This document shows, one piece after another, positions 30,856-40,466 of a stretch of 64,000 nucleotides of DNA. The stretch's first letter is position 1, and each line of letters opens with the position of its first letter. The notes under the pieces were generated by a model, which worked only from the letters and a program-made list of their open reading frames with translations, was not told the DNA's origin and did no database searches. The translations under genes were made by a program, and so were the position numbers. Location: positions 416,001 to 480,000 of the forward strand of contig CAWDRG010000017.1 of assembly GCA_963804645.1 (NCBI GenBank), written 5' to 3'. Source of the DNA: an uncultured Bacillota bacterium. GTDB lineage: Bacteria > Sysuimicrobiota > Sysuimicrobiia > Sysuimicrobiales > Segetimicrobiaceae.

Positions 30856-33488
30856 GGGATCTCCGCGAGATCCTGCCAGTTCGGTCCGGCGGCAAGGTTG
30901 ACGACGAGCGGAGCCGCCAATCGATAGGCCCCCTCCATGATTTCGCGCACGAGCGGCGCGGCGCGGGCGACGAGGTCGTTCGGCAGCTCGAACAGCAGCT
31001 CGTCGTGAATCTGTAGGATCATCTCCATGCCGGGCATCTCGGGCAGCAGCTCGCGATCGATCCGCAGCATCGCGAGCTTGATGATGTCCGCGGCGGTCCC
31101 CTGGATCGGCGCGTTGATCGCGATGCGTTCGGCGGCTTCTCGGATCACCCGGTTGCGGCTGAGAATATCCGGCAGATAGCGGCGCCGCCCGAGCAGCGTC
31201 GCCACGTACCCGTCCCGGCGGGCCCGCTCGACGACGGTCCGCATGTACTCCGCCACGCGTGGATACCGGGTGAAGTACGTGTCCATGAACCCCCGGGCTT
31301 CCTCCCGGCCGATCGAGAGCTGGACGGCGAGCCCGAAGTCGCTGATGCCGTAGGCAATGCCGTAGTTGAAGGCCTTCGCGCGCCGGCGCATCTCACCGGT
31401 CACGCCGTCCGCCGCGACGCCGAACACCTCGGCCGCCGTCACGGTGTGGATGTCCGCGCCCCGGCGAAACGCCTCCAGGAGGCCGGGGTCTTGGGTCACT
31501 TCCGCCAGCACCCGCAGTTCGATCTGCGAGTAGTCGCCGGACAGCAGCGCCGCGCCCGGGCGTCCGGCGACGATCGCGCGGCGAATCTTCTGCCCGACCT
31601 CGGTCCGGATCGGAATGTTTTGCAGATTGGGGTCGGTCGTGATCACGCGCCCGGTACTGGCCAGCGCCTGGTTGAACGTCGCATGCAGTCGCCCGCTCTC
31701 AGGGTCGACCATGCCCGGGAGCACGTCCACGTAGGTCCCGAGCAGCTTACTCAGCTCCCGGTGCTCGAGGATGCGCGCGACCACGGGGTGCTGCGGCGCC
31801 AGCTGCTCGAGCACCTCGGCATCCGTCGAGTAGCCGGTCTTCGTCTTCTTGAGCGGCGGCAGCTGCAGCTTCTCGAACAGCACGAATCCGAGTTGCTTCG
31901 GCGACCCGATATTGAACTCCGTGCCGGCCAATTCATAGATCTCGGCGGTCAGCGCCGCGAGGCGCGCCCGCAGCTCCGCGGACAGCGTGTGAAGGGCCGG
32001 CAGGTCCACCGCGACACCGACCCGCTCCATGCGGGCGAGCACGTCGGCGAGCGGCAGCTCGACGTCGCGGTACAGCCGCTCCACCTCCCGGGCGCGCAGC
32101 TGCTCCTCCATCACGTCCCGCAGCCGCACGATGAGATCGGCCTCCTCGGACGCCCGCTCCGCCCGCCCGGGGCCGAGCGCGAGCCGGTCCCCGGCCGCCG
32201 CTTCCGGCGGACGCCACCCAAGATACTCCCACGCCGCGCTTTCCAGCGTGTGGGTCCGCTTCCCCGGATCGATCAGGTAGGAGGCCAACGCGACGTCGAA
32301 CACGAACCCGCGCGGCCGGACGCCGGCCGCCTCCAGCCGATGCCGGTCCCGCTTGACGTCCTGGCTCAGCTTCGGCAGGTCCTCGCGCTCCAGCGCGGCG
32401 ACCAGCGCCGGGGGCAGCGGGCCGGCCCCCTCGAGGTACCCGGCCTCGCCCGCGCGCACGGCGAGCGCGATCCCAGCCAATCGAGCGGCGCGCGCGCGAT
32501 CGTCGTCCGCGACGGTCACGATTGCCAGCTGCGCCGCGTCCCGGAGAAACGGCGGCACGTCCTCGGCGGACAGCGTCCGGTAGTCACCGTGAATCTCCGC
32601 GCGGGGCGCCGCGACGCCCAGCCGCTCGATCAGCGATTTGAACTCGAGCCGGGTGAACAGCGCGCGCAGCCGCGCCGCATCGAGCGGGCGGCGCCGCAGC
32701 GCGTCCCACGAGACATCGAGCGGAACCTCCGTCTGAATCGTGGACAGGGCCTTGCTCTGGAGCACTTGATCGCGATGTTCCAGCAGGCGCTGGCGCAGGC
32801 GCGCGTCCCGCAGGCCCTCGAGCCCCTCCAGGACCTGCTCCGCGGTTGCCCCGTCGGCGAGCAGCCGCGCGGCGGTTTTGTCGCCCACGCCCGGGACCCC
32901 CGGAATGTTATCCGTGGCGTCTCCCTTGAGGCTCTTCAGATCCGGCACCTGGCGCGGCGTGACGCCGAGTTTCGCCCGCACGGCGTCCTCGTCGTACGCG
33001 ACCGTTTCGCTGATGCCGCGGCTGGTCACCATCACGCGCACGCGCGGGGAGACGAGCTGCAACGCGTCGAGGTCTCCCGTGACGATGACGACGTTGAGCC
33101 CGCGCGCTTCCGCGAGCCGGGCGAGCGTCCCGATGACGTCGTCGGCCTCGAAGCCCGCGACCTCGAAGATCGGGAGGTCGAACGCCTCCACGACCTCCTT
33201 CGCCAGCCCGATCTGCGGGCGCAGGTCGTCCGGCATCTTCGGCCGGGTCGCTTTGTACGCCGCGAACGCCTCATGGCGAAACGTCGGCCCGGGCTTGTCG
33301 AACGCCGCCGCCGCGTACTGGGGCGCCACGTCCTCCAAGACCTTCAGGAGCATCGTGGTAAAGCCATAGACGGCGTTGGTGGGCTGGCCGTCCTTGGTCG
33401 TAAAGTACGGCAGCGCGTAGAACGCGCGGTAGACGAGCCCGTTGGCGTCGAGCAGGAGCAGCGTTTCGGGGGTCGCGGTCTCCGCCAT
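30852..33488 (-). CDS. polA: DNA polymerase I
   Basis: 5'-3' exonuclease domain (YRAFYA, EADD, GDATDNIPGVPGVG), DYSQIELR, AKAFNYGIAYG, QIHDEL. Confidence 0.98.
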   Translation of the reverse strand: MAETATPETLLLLDANGLVYRAFYALPYFTTKDGQPTNAVYGFTTMLLKVLEDVAPQYAAAAFDKPGPTFRHEAFAAYKATRPKMPDDLRPQIGLAKEVVEAFDLPIFEVAGFEADDVIGTLARLAEARGLNVVIVTGDLDALQLVSPRVRVMVTSRGISETVAYDEDAVRAKLGVTPRQVPDLKSLKGDATDNIPGVPGVGDKTAARLLADGATAEQVLEGLEGLRDARLRQRLLEHRDQVLQSKALSTIQTEVPLDVSWDALRRRPLDAARLRALFTRLEFKSLIERLGVAAPRAEIHGDYRTLSAEDVPPFLRDAAQLAIVTVADDDRARAARLAGIALAVRAGEAGYLEGAGPLPPALVAALEREDLPKLSQDVKRDRHRLEAAGVRPRGFVFDVALASYLIDPGKRTHTLESAAWEYLGWRPPEAAAGDRLALGPGRAERASEEADLIVRLRDVMEEQLRAREVERLYRDVELPLADVLARMERVGVAVDLPALHTLSAELRARLAALTAEIYELAGTEFNIGSPKQLGFVLFEKLQLPPLKKTKTGYSTDAEVLEQLAPQHPVVARILEHRELSKLLGTYVDVLPGMVDPESGRLHATFNQALASTGRVITTDPNLQNIPIRTEVGQKIRRAIVAGRPGAALLSGDYSQIELRVLAEVTQDPGLLEAFRRGADIHTVTAAEVFGVAADGVTGEMRRRAKAFNYGIAYGISDFGLAVQLSIGREEARGFMDTYFTRYPRVAEYMRTVVERARRDGYVATLLGRRRYLPDILSRNRVIREAAERIAINAPIQGTAADIIKLAMLRIDRELLPEMPGMEMILQIHDELLFELPNDLVARAAPLVREIMEGAYRLAAPLVVNLAAGPNWQDLAEIP

Positions 33489-33542
33489 GCTGAACACCTT
33501 CCGCGCCCGGAGAGGCGTTCCTCCGGCGCGGGCGGCGCGCGC

Positions 33543-33571
33543 TTGAGCGCACCTGAGGAAGATGATACCAT
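33543..33571. promoter_or_regulatory. Overlapping divergent promoters for tRNA-Leu and polA
   Basis: Plus strand TTGAGC-N17-TACCAT (also TGnTACCAT); the same bases read TGgTATCAT on the minus strand. Confidence 0.55.
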
Positions 33572-33590
33572 TAGGGTCGCCAACGACCGC

Positions 33591-33677
33591 GCCGGAGTGT
33601 CGGAACTGGCAGACGATCGCGACTCAAAATCGCGTGGGCTCACGCCCGTGGGGGTTCGAGTCCCTCCTCCGGCACCA
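33591..33677 (+). tRNA. tRNA-Leu(CAA)
   Basis: GCCGGAG..CTCCGGC stem, CGCGA-CT-CAA-AA-TCGCG arm, variable arm, GGTTCGAGTCC, CCA. Confidence 0.96.
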
Positions 33678-33703
33678 GACACCCCGCCGGCGCGCCCCGG
33701 CGG

Positions 33704-34414
33704 TTAGATCGCGGGAGCGGGACGGATCCCGATCGGCCGGACGCGTGCGCGGGAGTGCTGCCGCTGCTCCGGCGCCTCGATAAACCCGCAAATCTCCTCG
33801 TAGATCTGCTGAATCGGACGTTCCGCGTTCGCTTGAAGCAGGCGGCGGTCCGCGCGGTAGTACTCGACCATGGGGCCCGTGAGCTCCCGGAACACGCCGA
33901 TGCGGTGGCGAATGGTGTCGGCATCGTCGTCTTTGCGCTGCGCCAGGGGCGCGCCGTCCACATCGCAGCGGCCGCCGGCGCGCGGGGGCTGGTACTCCAG
34001 GTGGTAGGTCATCCCGCATCGCGAGCAGACGCGGCGCCCGGCAAGCCGCGTCAGCAGGACGTCATCCCGGATCGTGAACAGCACCGCCGCGTCGAGGCGC
34101 CGGCCCGCGCTCGCGAGCGAGGCGTCCAGTACCCGTGCCTGCTCGAGCGTCCGGGGGTATCCGTCCAAGATAAATCCGTCGCCGCAGTCTGGCTCGGCCA
34201 GGCGCGCGCGAACGATCTCGTCGACCAGGGCGTCGGGCACGAGGTCGCCCCGGCGCATGTATTCGGACGCGCGCTCGCCGAGCCCGGTCGCGTCGCGGAC
34301 GGCCTCGCGGAGCATGTCGCCTGTACAGATGTGCGGCAACCCGTGTCGAGCATGAAACAGCCCGGCCTGCGTACCCTTCCCGGCTCCCGGCGGCCCCGCA
34401 AACACGAAGTTCAC
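33704..34414 (-). CDS. adk: Adenylate kinase (zinc-lid type)
   Basis: GPPGAGKGTQ, TGDMLR, FILDGYPR, CSRC..CDVD lid, QRKDD; GGAGG RBS before GTG 34414. Confidence 0.92.
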   Translation of the reverse strand: MNFVFAGPPGAGKGTQAGLFHARHGLPHICTGDMLREAVRDATGLGERASEYMRRGDLVPDALVDEIVRARLAEPDCGDGFILDGYPRTLEQARVLDASLASAGRRLDAAVLFTIRDDVLLTRLAGRRVCSRCGMTYHLEYQPPRAGGRCDVDGAPLAQRKDDDADTIRHRIGVFRELTGPMVEYYRADRRLLQANAERPIQQIYEEICGFIEAPEQRQHSRARVRPIGIRPAPAI

Positions 34415-34594
34415 GTCACGACCTCCCCGAACGTGGCGTTGCGCGTGCCTGCGATCGTGAAGGGAGCGAGGAGAGTGCGAATCCACGATCTTCACACCGC
34501 ATTAACGTATACCCAGTTGGGGGGCGTTTCGTAACGAATGTCACGCACGCGACCGCACGGCATCGGCGCCGCGTCCGACCGTCTCCCGGCCGTG

Positions 34595-35752
34595 CTACCT
34601 GACGAAAAGCTCTCGAGGAAATTCGGTCAGCGGCTCGCATCCCCCGGGGGTCACGAGGACGGTTTCGCTCACGCCGACGCAGCCGACCCCGTAGTCGCGG
34701 AGGGCGGGAGGCATGTGAAAGACCATGCCCGGCTCCAGGCTGGTCGCGTCCCCCTTCCGGAGGCTGATGATGTGCCCCTCGTTCCAACCGGGCGGAAAGG
34801 CAAATCCCGCGGAATAGCCAGTGCGCTTTCGGAACGACTCGTACACGCCCGCCTCGACCATCACGGTCTGACACGCGCGGTCGACATCTTCGGCGGCCGC
34901 CCCGGGCCGCATCGAGGCGATCGCACGTTCGAGTCCTTCTCGGCACAGGCCGAACATGCGGCGCGTGTCGGCAGTGGGCTCGCCCAGGCTGACCGCGCGC
35001 ATCAGCGGCGCGATGTACCGGCCGCAGCACGCCGTCATCTCGAGCAGCACGGTGTCGTGCGGCTCAAGACGCCGCCGCTCGAACGTGGTATGCGGAACGC
35101 CGGCGCGGTAGCCGGACGTCACGATCGGATCGATCGGAAAGTACTCGGATCCGGCCCGGACCATCGCCGCCATCGCCGCGGCCGCGACGTCGTTCTCGGT
35201 GGCGCCGACGGCGCAGGCGTCGATCGCCGCGCGCATGCCGAGGGCGGTCCACGCGGCCGCCTGCCGCATGCGCGCCACCTCGCGGTCGGATTTCACCCGG
35301 CGCAGCCGCTCGACCGCGCCCGAGCCATCCGCGAGGTCGAAGCCTGCGAGCAGCTGACCGAGGCGGCGGCGGTTCGCCGCGTGCATCGCGGGCGCCGTCT
35401 CCTCGAGGGCGACGCCGCGCCGGTTCGCCGCACGGCGCGTCACTTCGTCGGCCAGCCGCTCCAGGGGATCCTCGTGATCGTCGTAGGTGACCACTTCGGT
35501 CCCCGCGGCGTAGAGCGCGGCGAGGTACGACTCCAGATACCGGACGAACAAGGTGGGCGACCCGCGGCGCGGGACGAGCAGCACCTGGAACGTCCGGCCG
35601 GCATACGTCTGATACCCGGTCAGGTAGAACACGCTCTCTTGCGCGAAGGCGAGAAACAGGTCCACCCCTCGACGCTCCAGCTCGGCCTGCAGCCGAGCGA
35701 GGCGGCCGGCGAACTCCTCCGGCGGAAACACGGGCGTGTGTGGAATCTGCAT
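34595..35752 (-). CDS. M24-family hydrolase, ectoine hydrolase (DoeA/EutD)/creatinase-like
   Basis: YLTGY, KSDRE, VPH, LLEMTACCGRYIAPLMR, RTGYS, WNEG, MVFHMPP, SETV; lacks the D-D-H-E metal ligands of prolidases. Confidence 0.8.
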   Translation of the reverse strand: MQIPHTPVFPPEEFAGRLARLQAELERRGVDLFLAFAQESVFYLTGYQTYAGRTFQVLLVPRRGSPTLFVRYLESYLAALYAAGTEVVTYDDHEDPLERLADEVTRRAANRRGVALEETAPAMHAANRRRLGQLLAGFDLADGSGAVERLRRVKSDREVARMRQAAAWTALGMRAAIDACAVGATENDVAAAAMAAMVRAGSEYFPIDPIVTSGYRAGVPHTTFERRRLEPHDTVLLEMTACCGRYIAPLMRAVSLGEPTADTRRMFGLCREGLERAIASMRPGAAAEDVDRACQTVMVEAGVYESFRKRTGYSAGFAFPPGWNEGHIISLRKGDATSLEPGMVFHMPPALRDYGVGCVGVSETVLVTPGGCEPLTEFPRELFVR

Positions 35753-35795
35753 GCGTGCGTCGCTCCCTTCCGGCTCGCGGCCGATCTCGACCGCG

Positions 35796-36650
35796 CTACT
35801 CCCGGGCCCCGGCGAGCGCGCCGCGCGGCCGCCACCGGAGCAGCCGCCGCTCCACCACGCCGAGGACGATGTCCATGACGACCACGATCAGCAGGAGCGC
35901 CACGATCGCCGCCATCGTCACGCTCACGTTGAGTTCGTTGGCGGCCTCGTTCACGAGATATCCGAGCCCGAGGTTCGCGGCGATGAACTCCCCGGTCACG
36001 GCCCCGACGAGCGCCTCCGGCACGGCGATCCGGAGCCCGGTCATCAGGTACGGCACGGTGCTCGGCAGCGCGATCTTCCAGACCACATCCGCCCGGCGAG
36101 CGCCCATCACGCGGACCACGTGGACGAGCTGCGGGCTCACCTGGTACAGCCCCGCCGCCATGTTCATGAAGACCACAAAGAACACGAACAGCGCCGCGAG
36201 CACGACCTTCGGCGCCAGCCCCAGGCCGAACCACATCACGAACAGCGGCGCGAGCGCGATCTTTGGGACCGAGTAGACCGCGATCAGAAACGGCCTGAGG
36301 ACGCGCTGGAGGGTCTCTTCAAACGCGACGACGAGCGCCACCGCGACGCCGAACACCGCCCCGATCGCGTAGCCGCTCAGGACCTCCGTGACGGTCTGCA
36401 CGAGGTTCGGCCACAGGCGGCCGGACACCACGAGCCCCCAGAACGCGCGCGCCACGCCGCCCGGATCACCGACGTACTGCCGCTCGCCGAACCGCCCGGC
36501 AGCCACCGCCCACCCGCCGAGCGCGAGGACCAGCACGAGGGCCCGGCCCACCGCAACCGCGGCACCCCACGCCACCTCGTGCCGCCGCGCCCGGCGCCAC
36601 ACCTCAAGGTGCAGGCGCTGCTCGCGCGACACCGGCGCCGGCCCGCTCAC
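35796..36650 (-). CDS. ABC permease (SsuC/TauC type)
   Basis: SVPKIALAPL..WFG, MGA, LPS, GEF..NLGLG. Confidence 0.9.
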   Translation of the reverse strand: MSGPAPVSREQRLHLEVWRRARRHEVAWGAAVAVGRALVLVLALGGWAVAAGRFGERQYVGDPGGVARAFWGLVVSGRLWPNLVQTVTEVLSGYAIGAVFGVAVALVVAFEETLQRVLRPFLIAVYSVPKIALAPLFVMWFGLGLAPKVVLAALFVFFVVFMNMAAGLYQVSPQLVHVVRVMGARRADVVWKIALPSTVPYLMTGLRIAVPEALVGAVTGEFIAANLGLGYLVNEAANELNVSVTMAAIVALLLIVVVMDIVLGVVERRLLRWRPRGALAGARE

Positions 36651-36663
36651 GCGGCGGAGCCCG

Positions 36664-38382
36664 TCACTCGACGTGCTCCGCGGCGGACGCCGCCCGCACC
36701 GGCGGCGCGGAGAGCCGACGTTCCTCGTCGGGATCGCGCTCGATCGACCGCATCGAGACGCGGCCCCGCTCGTACAGCACCGTCCGGACCCACGCGGGAT
36801 CCTGCGCAGGGAAATCGTCCCGGTAGTGTGCCGCCCGGCTTTCGGTTCGCGCGAGCGCGCTCGCCGCGATGGCCGCGCCGACCTCGCACAGATCCGCGAG
36901 CTCGATCGCGGCGACCAGATCGCCGACCGTCTCCTGGGGCAGCGCGGCGGCCTCCGCCCGGATCTCGGCGAGGTCCCGCTGCGCGACGCGAAGGCCCTCG
37001 GCGGTCCGCACGATGCCGATGCCGAGCCACATGCGGTCCCGCAGGCGCGCCAGCAGGGCGTCCATCGCGGGCGACGCGTCGGTCGCCTCGCCGCGGACGG
37101 CCGCGATCCGGCGCGCCCACCGGTCGGCGGCGCGCTCGTCGATCCGCCCCGCGGGGCGCCCGCGCTCGCCGGCGGCCGCGATGCCGGCCCGATGCCCCAT
37201 CACCTGCGTCTCGGGCACCGCGTTGCTGTTGAGGCGGTTGCCGCCGTGGGTCCCGCCGGCGTTCTCGCCGGCCGCGTACAGGCCCGGCGTCGCGCTCAGG
37301 CCCGCATCGTCGGTGAGCACCCCGCCCATGAAAAAGTGCGCCTCCGGCGCAATCACGAGCGGGATTTCCCGGTAGTTGATGCCGCGCGGCTCGAGCCGTT
37401 CGATCACTTTCGTGTTCTCGAGGCGGAACTGCTCGTCGGAGACCTGGGAGACGTCGAGCAGCACCCCACCGTCCACGCTCAGGCCGGCGCGGATCTGGTC
37501 GAAGATGCCGCGCGCCGACACATCGCGGGTGGCGGTCTCTTTCTTGACCGGATCGTACGCCTCCATAAACCGCTCGCCGCGGCTGTTGTAGAGACGGGCG
37601 CCCGACACGAACGTCGACGGCTGGATCGGGACGCGGCTGTTCCGGAACGGCCGGATGAGGCGCCAGGGGTAGAACTGGATGAACTCCATGTCGCGCAGCG
37701 GCGCGCCGGCCCGGACGGCGAGCGCGTAGCCGCCGCCGGTCACGTCCACGGGGTTGCTCGTCACGCTGAACAAGCGGCCCGCGCCGCCCGCGGCGAGGAC
37801 GACGGCCCGCGCGCGGATCAGGCACCCCCCGATGCGGTCCCGCCGCACGCCGATCGCCCCAACCACGCGGCCGTCGTCGAGCAGCAGCTCGACGATCAGG
37901 GTGTTCTCGAGCGGGTGCACCCCGGAGGCGAGCGCGGCCTCGCGCAGCGGCAGGGTCATGTCGGTGCCGCGATAGTGAATCGGCGCGAGCACGCGCGGGT
38001 GCCGGTGATCCCCGCTCGGGGACAGATAGTACTGGCCGTCGCGCACCCGGAACTGGGCCCCGAGCGCCATCAACTCTTTGAGCCGCGCGGGCGCCTCGTC
38101 GGCGAGCGCCCGCACGAGCGGCCGCTCGTTCACCCACCCGCCGCCGGCGATGGTGTCGGCGTAGTGCTGCGCGGCATCGTCTTCGGGGTCGAACTCCGCG
38201 GACGCCGCCGCGTAGCCCCCGGTGGTGTTGGCGGACGAGCCGCTCTGGCCGAGCTTGCGCTTCACCGCGATAATCACGTCCGCGCCTGCCTGCCGCGCGC
38301 TGAGGGCGGCCCGGAGCGCGGCGAGCCCGCCGCCGACGATGAGGACGTCGGTCTCGAACGTCTCGAACGTCTCGAACGTCAC
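36664..38382 (-). CDS. FAD-dependent oxidoreductase, NadB/SdhA/FrdA flavoprotein family
   Basis: GGGLAA, AAGGAG, DMEFIQFYP, TRDV, AHFFMGG, YAAGE, HGGNRL, RTESRAAHYRDDFP. Confidence 0.88.
   Translation of the reverse strand: MTFETFETFETDVLIVGGGLAALRAALSARQAGADVIIAVKRKLGQSGSSANTTGGYAAASAEFDPEDDAAQHYADTIAGGGWVNERPLVRALADEAPARLKELMALGAQFRVRDGQYYLSPSGDHRHPRVLAPIHYRGTDMTLPLREAALASGVHPLENTLIVELLLDDGRVVGAIGVRRDRIGGCLIRARAVVLAAGGAGRLFSVTSNPVDVTGGGYALAVRAGAPLRDMEFIQFYPWRLIRPFRNSRVPIQPSTFVSGARLYNSRGERFMEAYDPVKKETATRDVSARGIFDQIRAGLSVDGGVLLDVSQVSDEQFRLENTKVIERLEPRGINYREIPLVIAPEAHFFMGGVLTDDAGLSATPGLYAAGENAGGTHGGNRLNSNAVPETQVMGHRAGIAAAGERGRPAGRIDERAADRWARRIAAVRGEATDASPAMDALLARLRDRMWLGIGIVRTAEGLRVAQRDLAEIRAEAAALPQETVGDLVAAIELADLCEVGAAIAASALARTESRAAHYRDDFPAQDPAWVRTVLYERGRVSMRSIERDPDEERRLSAPPVRAASAAEHVE
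38351..38380. repeat. 9-bp tandem repeat (GTCTCGAAC)x3.3 at the flavoprotein 5' end
   Basis: Encodes TFE-TFE-TFE-T. Confidence 0.85.
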
Positions 38383-38407
38383 GGGCGCGGCGCCCGCTCG
38401 ACCGGCG

Positions 38408-39568
38408 TCACGGACGCTCGCCCACCACGTGCAGCACCCGCGGGAACTGCGTCAGGACGTCGCATCCCCCCTCCGTCACGAGCACCGTCTCGCTCCAGCC
38501 CAATCCGTAGCGGCGCGGCACGCGCAGCGCGGGCGGCATGTGAAACACCATCCCGGGGACGAGCGGCGTCGGGTCGTCGCGCCGCAGGCTGACGATGTGC
38601 CCTTCCCCCCAGTCCGGCGCGTAGCCGACCCCCACCGAATACCCGGTGCGCTTCCGGAAGTACGGCTCGTAGCCCGCGTCCTCGAGGACCGTCCGGCACG
38701 CCGCGTCGACGTCTCCGCTCGTCGCTCCGGGCCGGATCGCCGCGATCGCCGCGTCGAGCGACGCGATGATCGTCGCGGCCATCGCGTGCACCTCGCCGCG
38801 GACGGGCGCGATCGCGGCGCTGCGCATCAGCGGGCCGAAGTAGCGGCGCAGGCAGCCGCCCAGCTCGACGAGCACCGTATCCCCTGCCTCGAGCCGTCGG
38901 TGTCCGAACGTCAAATGGGCGACACCGGAGCGCCACCCCGACGTGACGATCGGGTCGCCCGCGAAGAAGTCGGACCCGGCGCCCAGCATCGCGCCGTAGG
39001 CCGCCGCGGCGACATCGTCCTCGGTCACCCCGGCCCGAATCGCGCCGAGGGCCGCGGCCATGCCCGCCTCGGTGACGCGGCACGCGCGCCGGATCAGCGC
39101 CACCTCGGACGCCGACTTGATCCGCCGCCCCGCCTCGACCATGCCGGACGCGTCGACGACGGCGCCGAGCCCGGCCCGCAGCCGGTCGACCGCCCCCGCG
39201 GCGACGAACCCGCCTTCCAGCTCGATGCCGACCGGGGCCCCGAGCCACCCGCGCCGGCGGAGCAGGCCGGTGAGCCGCTCGCCGGGGTCCTCCGCGTCGC
39301 CGAACGTCTCGAACTGATCGATCCAGCACGTCGTCTCGGCGACCGTGCGCTCCATCTCCCGGATCAACAGGACGACGGCGTCGGGACGCACGACCAAGGT
39401 CTGGAAGCTGCTGAACCCGATCGTCTCGTACCCGGTCAGGTAGCAGACGTTCTCGGGCGCGAACACCAGCAGGGTCTCGATCGCGCGGCGCGCCATGCGC
39501 GAGCGCAGCGCGTCCAATCTGGTCTGGTACTCGCCGACCGTGAAGGCCGGCACCCACTCACTCGTCAT
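38408..39568 (-). CDS. Second M24-family DoeA/creatinase-like hydrolase
   Basis: YLTGY, KSASE, VAH, LVELGGCLRRYFGPLMR, RTGYS, WGEG, MVFHMPP. Confidence 0.8.
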   Translation of the reverse strand: MTSEWVPAFTVGEYQTRLDALRSRMARRAIETLLVFAPENVCYLTGYETIGFSSFQTLVVRPDAVVLLIREMERTVAETTCWIDQFETFGDAEDPGERLTGLLRRRGWLGAPVGIELEGGFVAAGAVDRLRAGLGAVVDASGMVEAGRRIKSASEVALIRRACRVTEAGMAAALGAIRAGVTEDDVAAAAYGAMLGAGSDFFAGDPIVTSGWRSGVAHLTFGHRRLEAGDTVLVELGGCLRRYFGPLMRSAAIAPVRGEVHAMAATIIASLDAAIAAIRPGATSGDVDAACRTVLEDAGYEPYFRKRTGYSVGVGYAPDWGEGHIVSLRRDDPTPLVPGMVFHMPPALRVPRRYGLGWSETVLVTEGGCDVLTQFPRVLHVVGERP

Positions 39569-39590
39569 CGACGCCTCCTGGCGGAACGGC

Positions 39591-40466
39591 TCACCCGAGC
39601 GGGCTGCGCTCGCGGGGCGTCCAGCGCACCCACGCCCGCTCGACCGCCGACACCCCCGCGTTCATCAGGGTCACCACGATCAGCAGCCCGAAGATCGCGG
39701 CGAACACGTCGGCCGTCCGGTAGCGCGAACTCGCCGCGCTGATGAGGTAGCCGACACCGCGGTTGCTGCTGATGAACTCGCCGACGACGGCGCCGATCAG
39801 CGCGGCCGGCACGGTGATCCGGAGCGCGACGACGATGAACGGCGTCGCGCTCGGCAGCACGACCTTCCGAAAGACCGCGACCGGGCCGGCGCCCATCACC
39901 CGCACGACCTGGACCAGCCCGGGCGGCGCGGTCGCGAGGCCCGCGAGCGTGTTGAAGAACACGATGAAAAACACGAACACCGCGGCGAGCAGGATCTTCG
40001 GCAGGAGGCCGATGCCGAACCACAGGATCATGAGCGGCGCGAGCGCGATCTTGGGCGTCGCGTACGCGAGCAGGAGCAGCGGGCGCAGGACCGGCTCGCC
40101 ACCCGGGATCAGCCACGTGACGACCGCGGCCAGCAGGCCCGTGGACGCGCCCAGCGCGTATCCCGCCAGGGTCTCGGTGAGCGTGTACCGCAGATTGAAC
40201 CACAGGGTGCCGTCCCGGGCGATGCGGCCAAACGCCGAGGCGACGCTGACGGGATCGCTCAAAAACAGGTGGTCGACGAGCCGCCCCGAGGCGCCCCACC
40301 ACGCGGCGAGCAGCGCCGCGAGCAGCAGCACCTGCCAGGTCGCGACCGCGGCCGTCAGCCTCCGGTCCCGCCGGACGGCGTCGGCCGCCTCGCGCGCGAG
40401 AATCGCCTGTTCGCGCGGGTCGGCGCGGTCCGGGGCCGCGGGGCCCAGCGCCCGGCCGTTACTCAC
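39591..40466 (-). CDS. ABC permease (SsuC/TauC type)
   Basis: ATPKIALAPL..WFG, MGA, GEFISSNRGVG; GGAGG RBS before GTG 40466. Confidence 0.9.
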   Translation of the reverse strand: MSNGRALGPAAPDRADPREQAILAREAADAVRRDRRLTAAVATWQVLLLAALLAAWWGASGRLVDHLFLSDPVSVASAFGRIARDGTLWFNLRYTLTETLAGYALGASTGLLAAVVTWLIPGGEPVLRPLLLLAYATPKIALAPLMILWFGIGLLPKILLAAVFVFFIVFFNTLAGLATAPPGLVQVVRVMGAGPVAVFRKVVLPSATPFIVVALRITVPAALIGAVVGEFISSNRGVGYLISAASSRYRTADVFAAIFGLLIVVTLMNAGVSAVERAWVRWTPRERSPLG

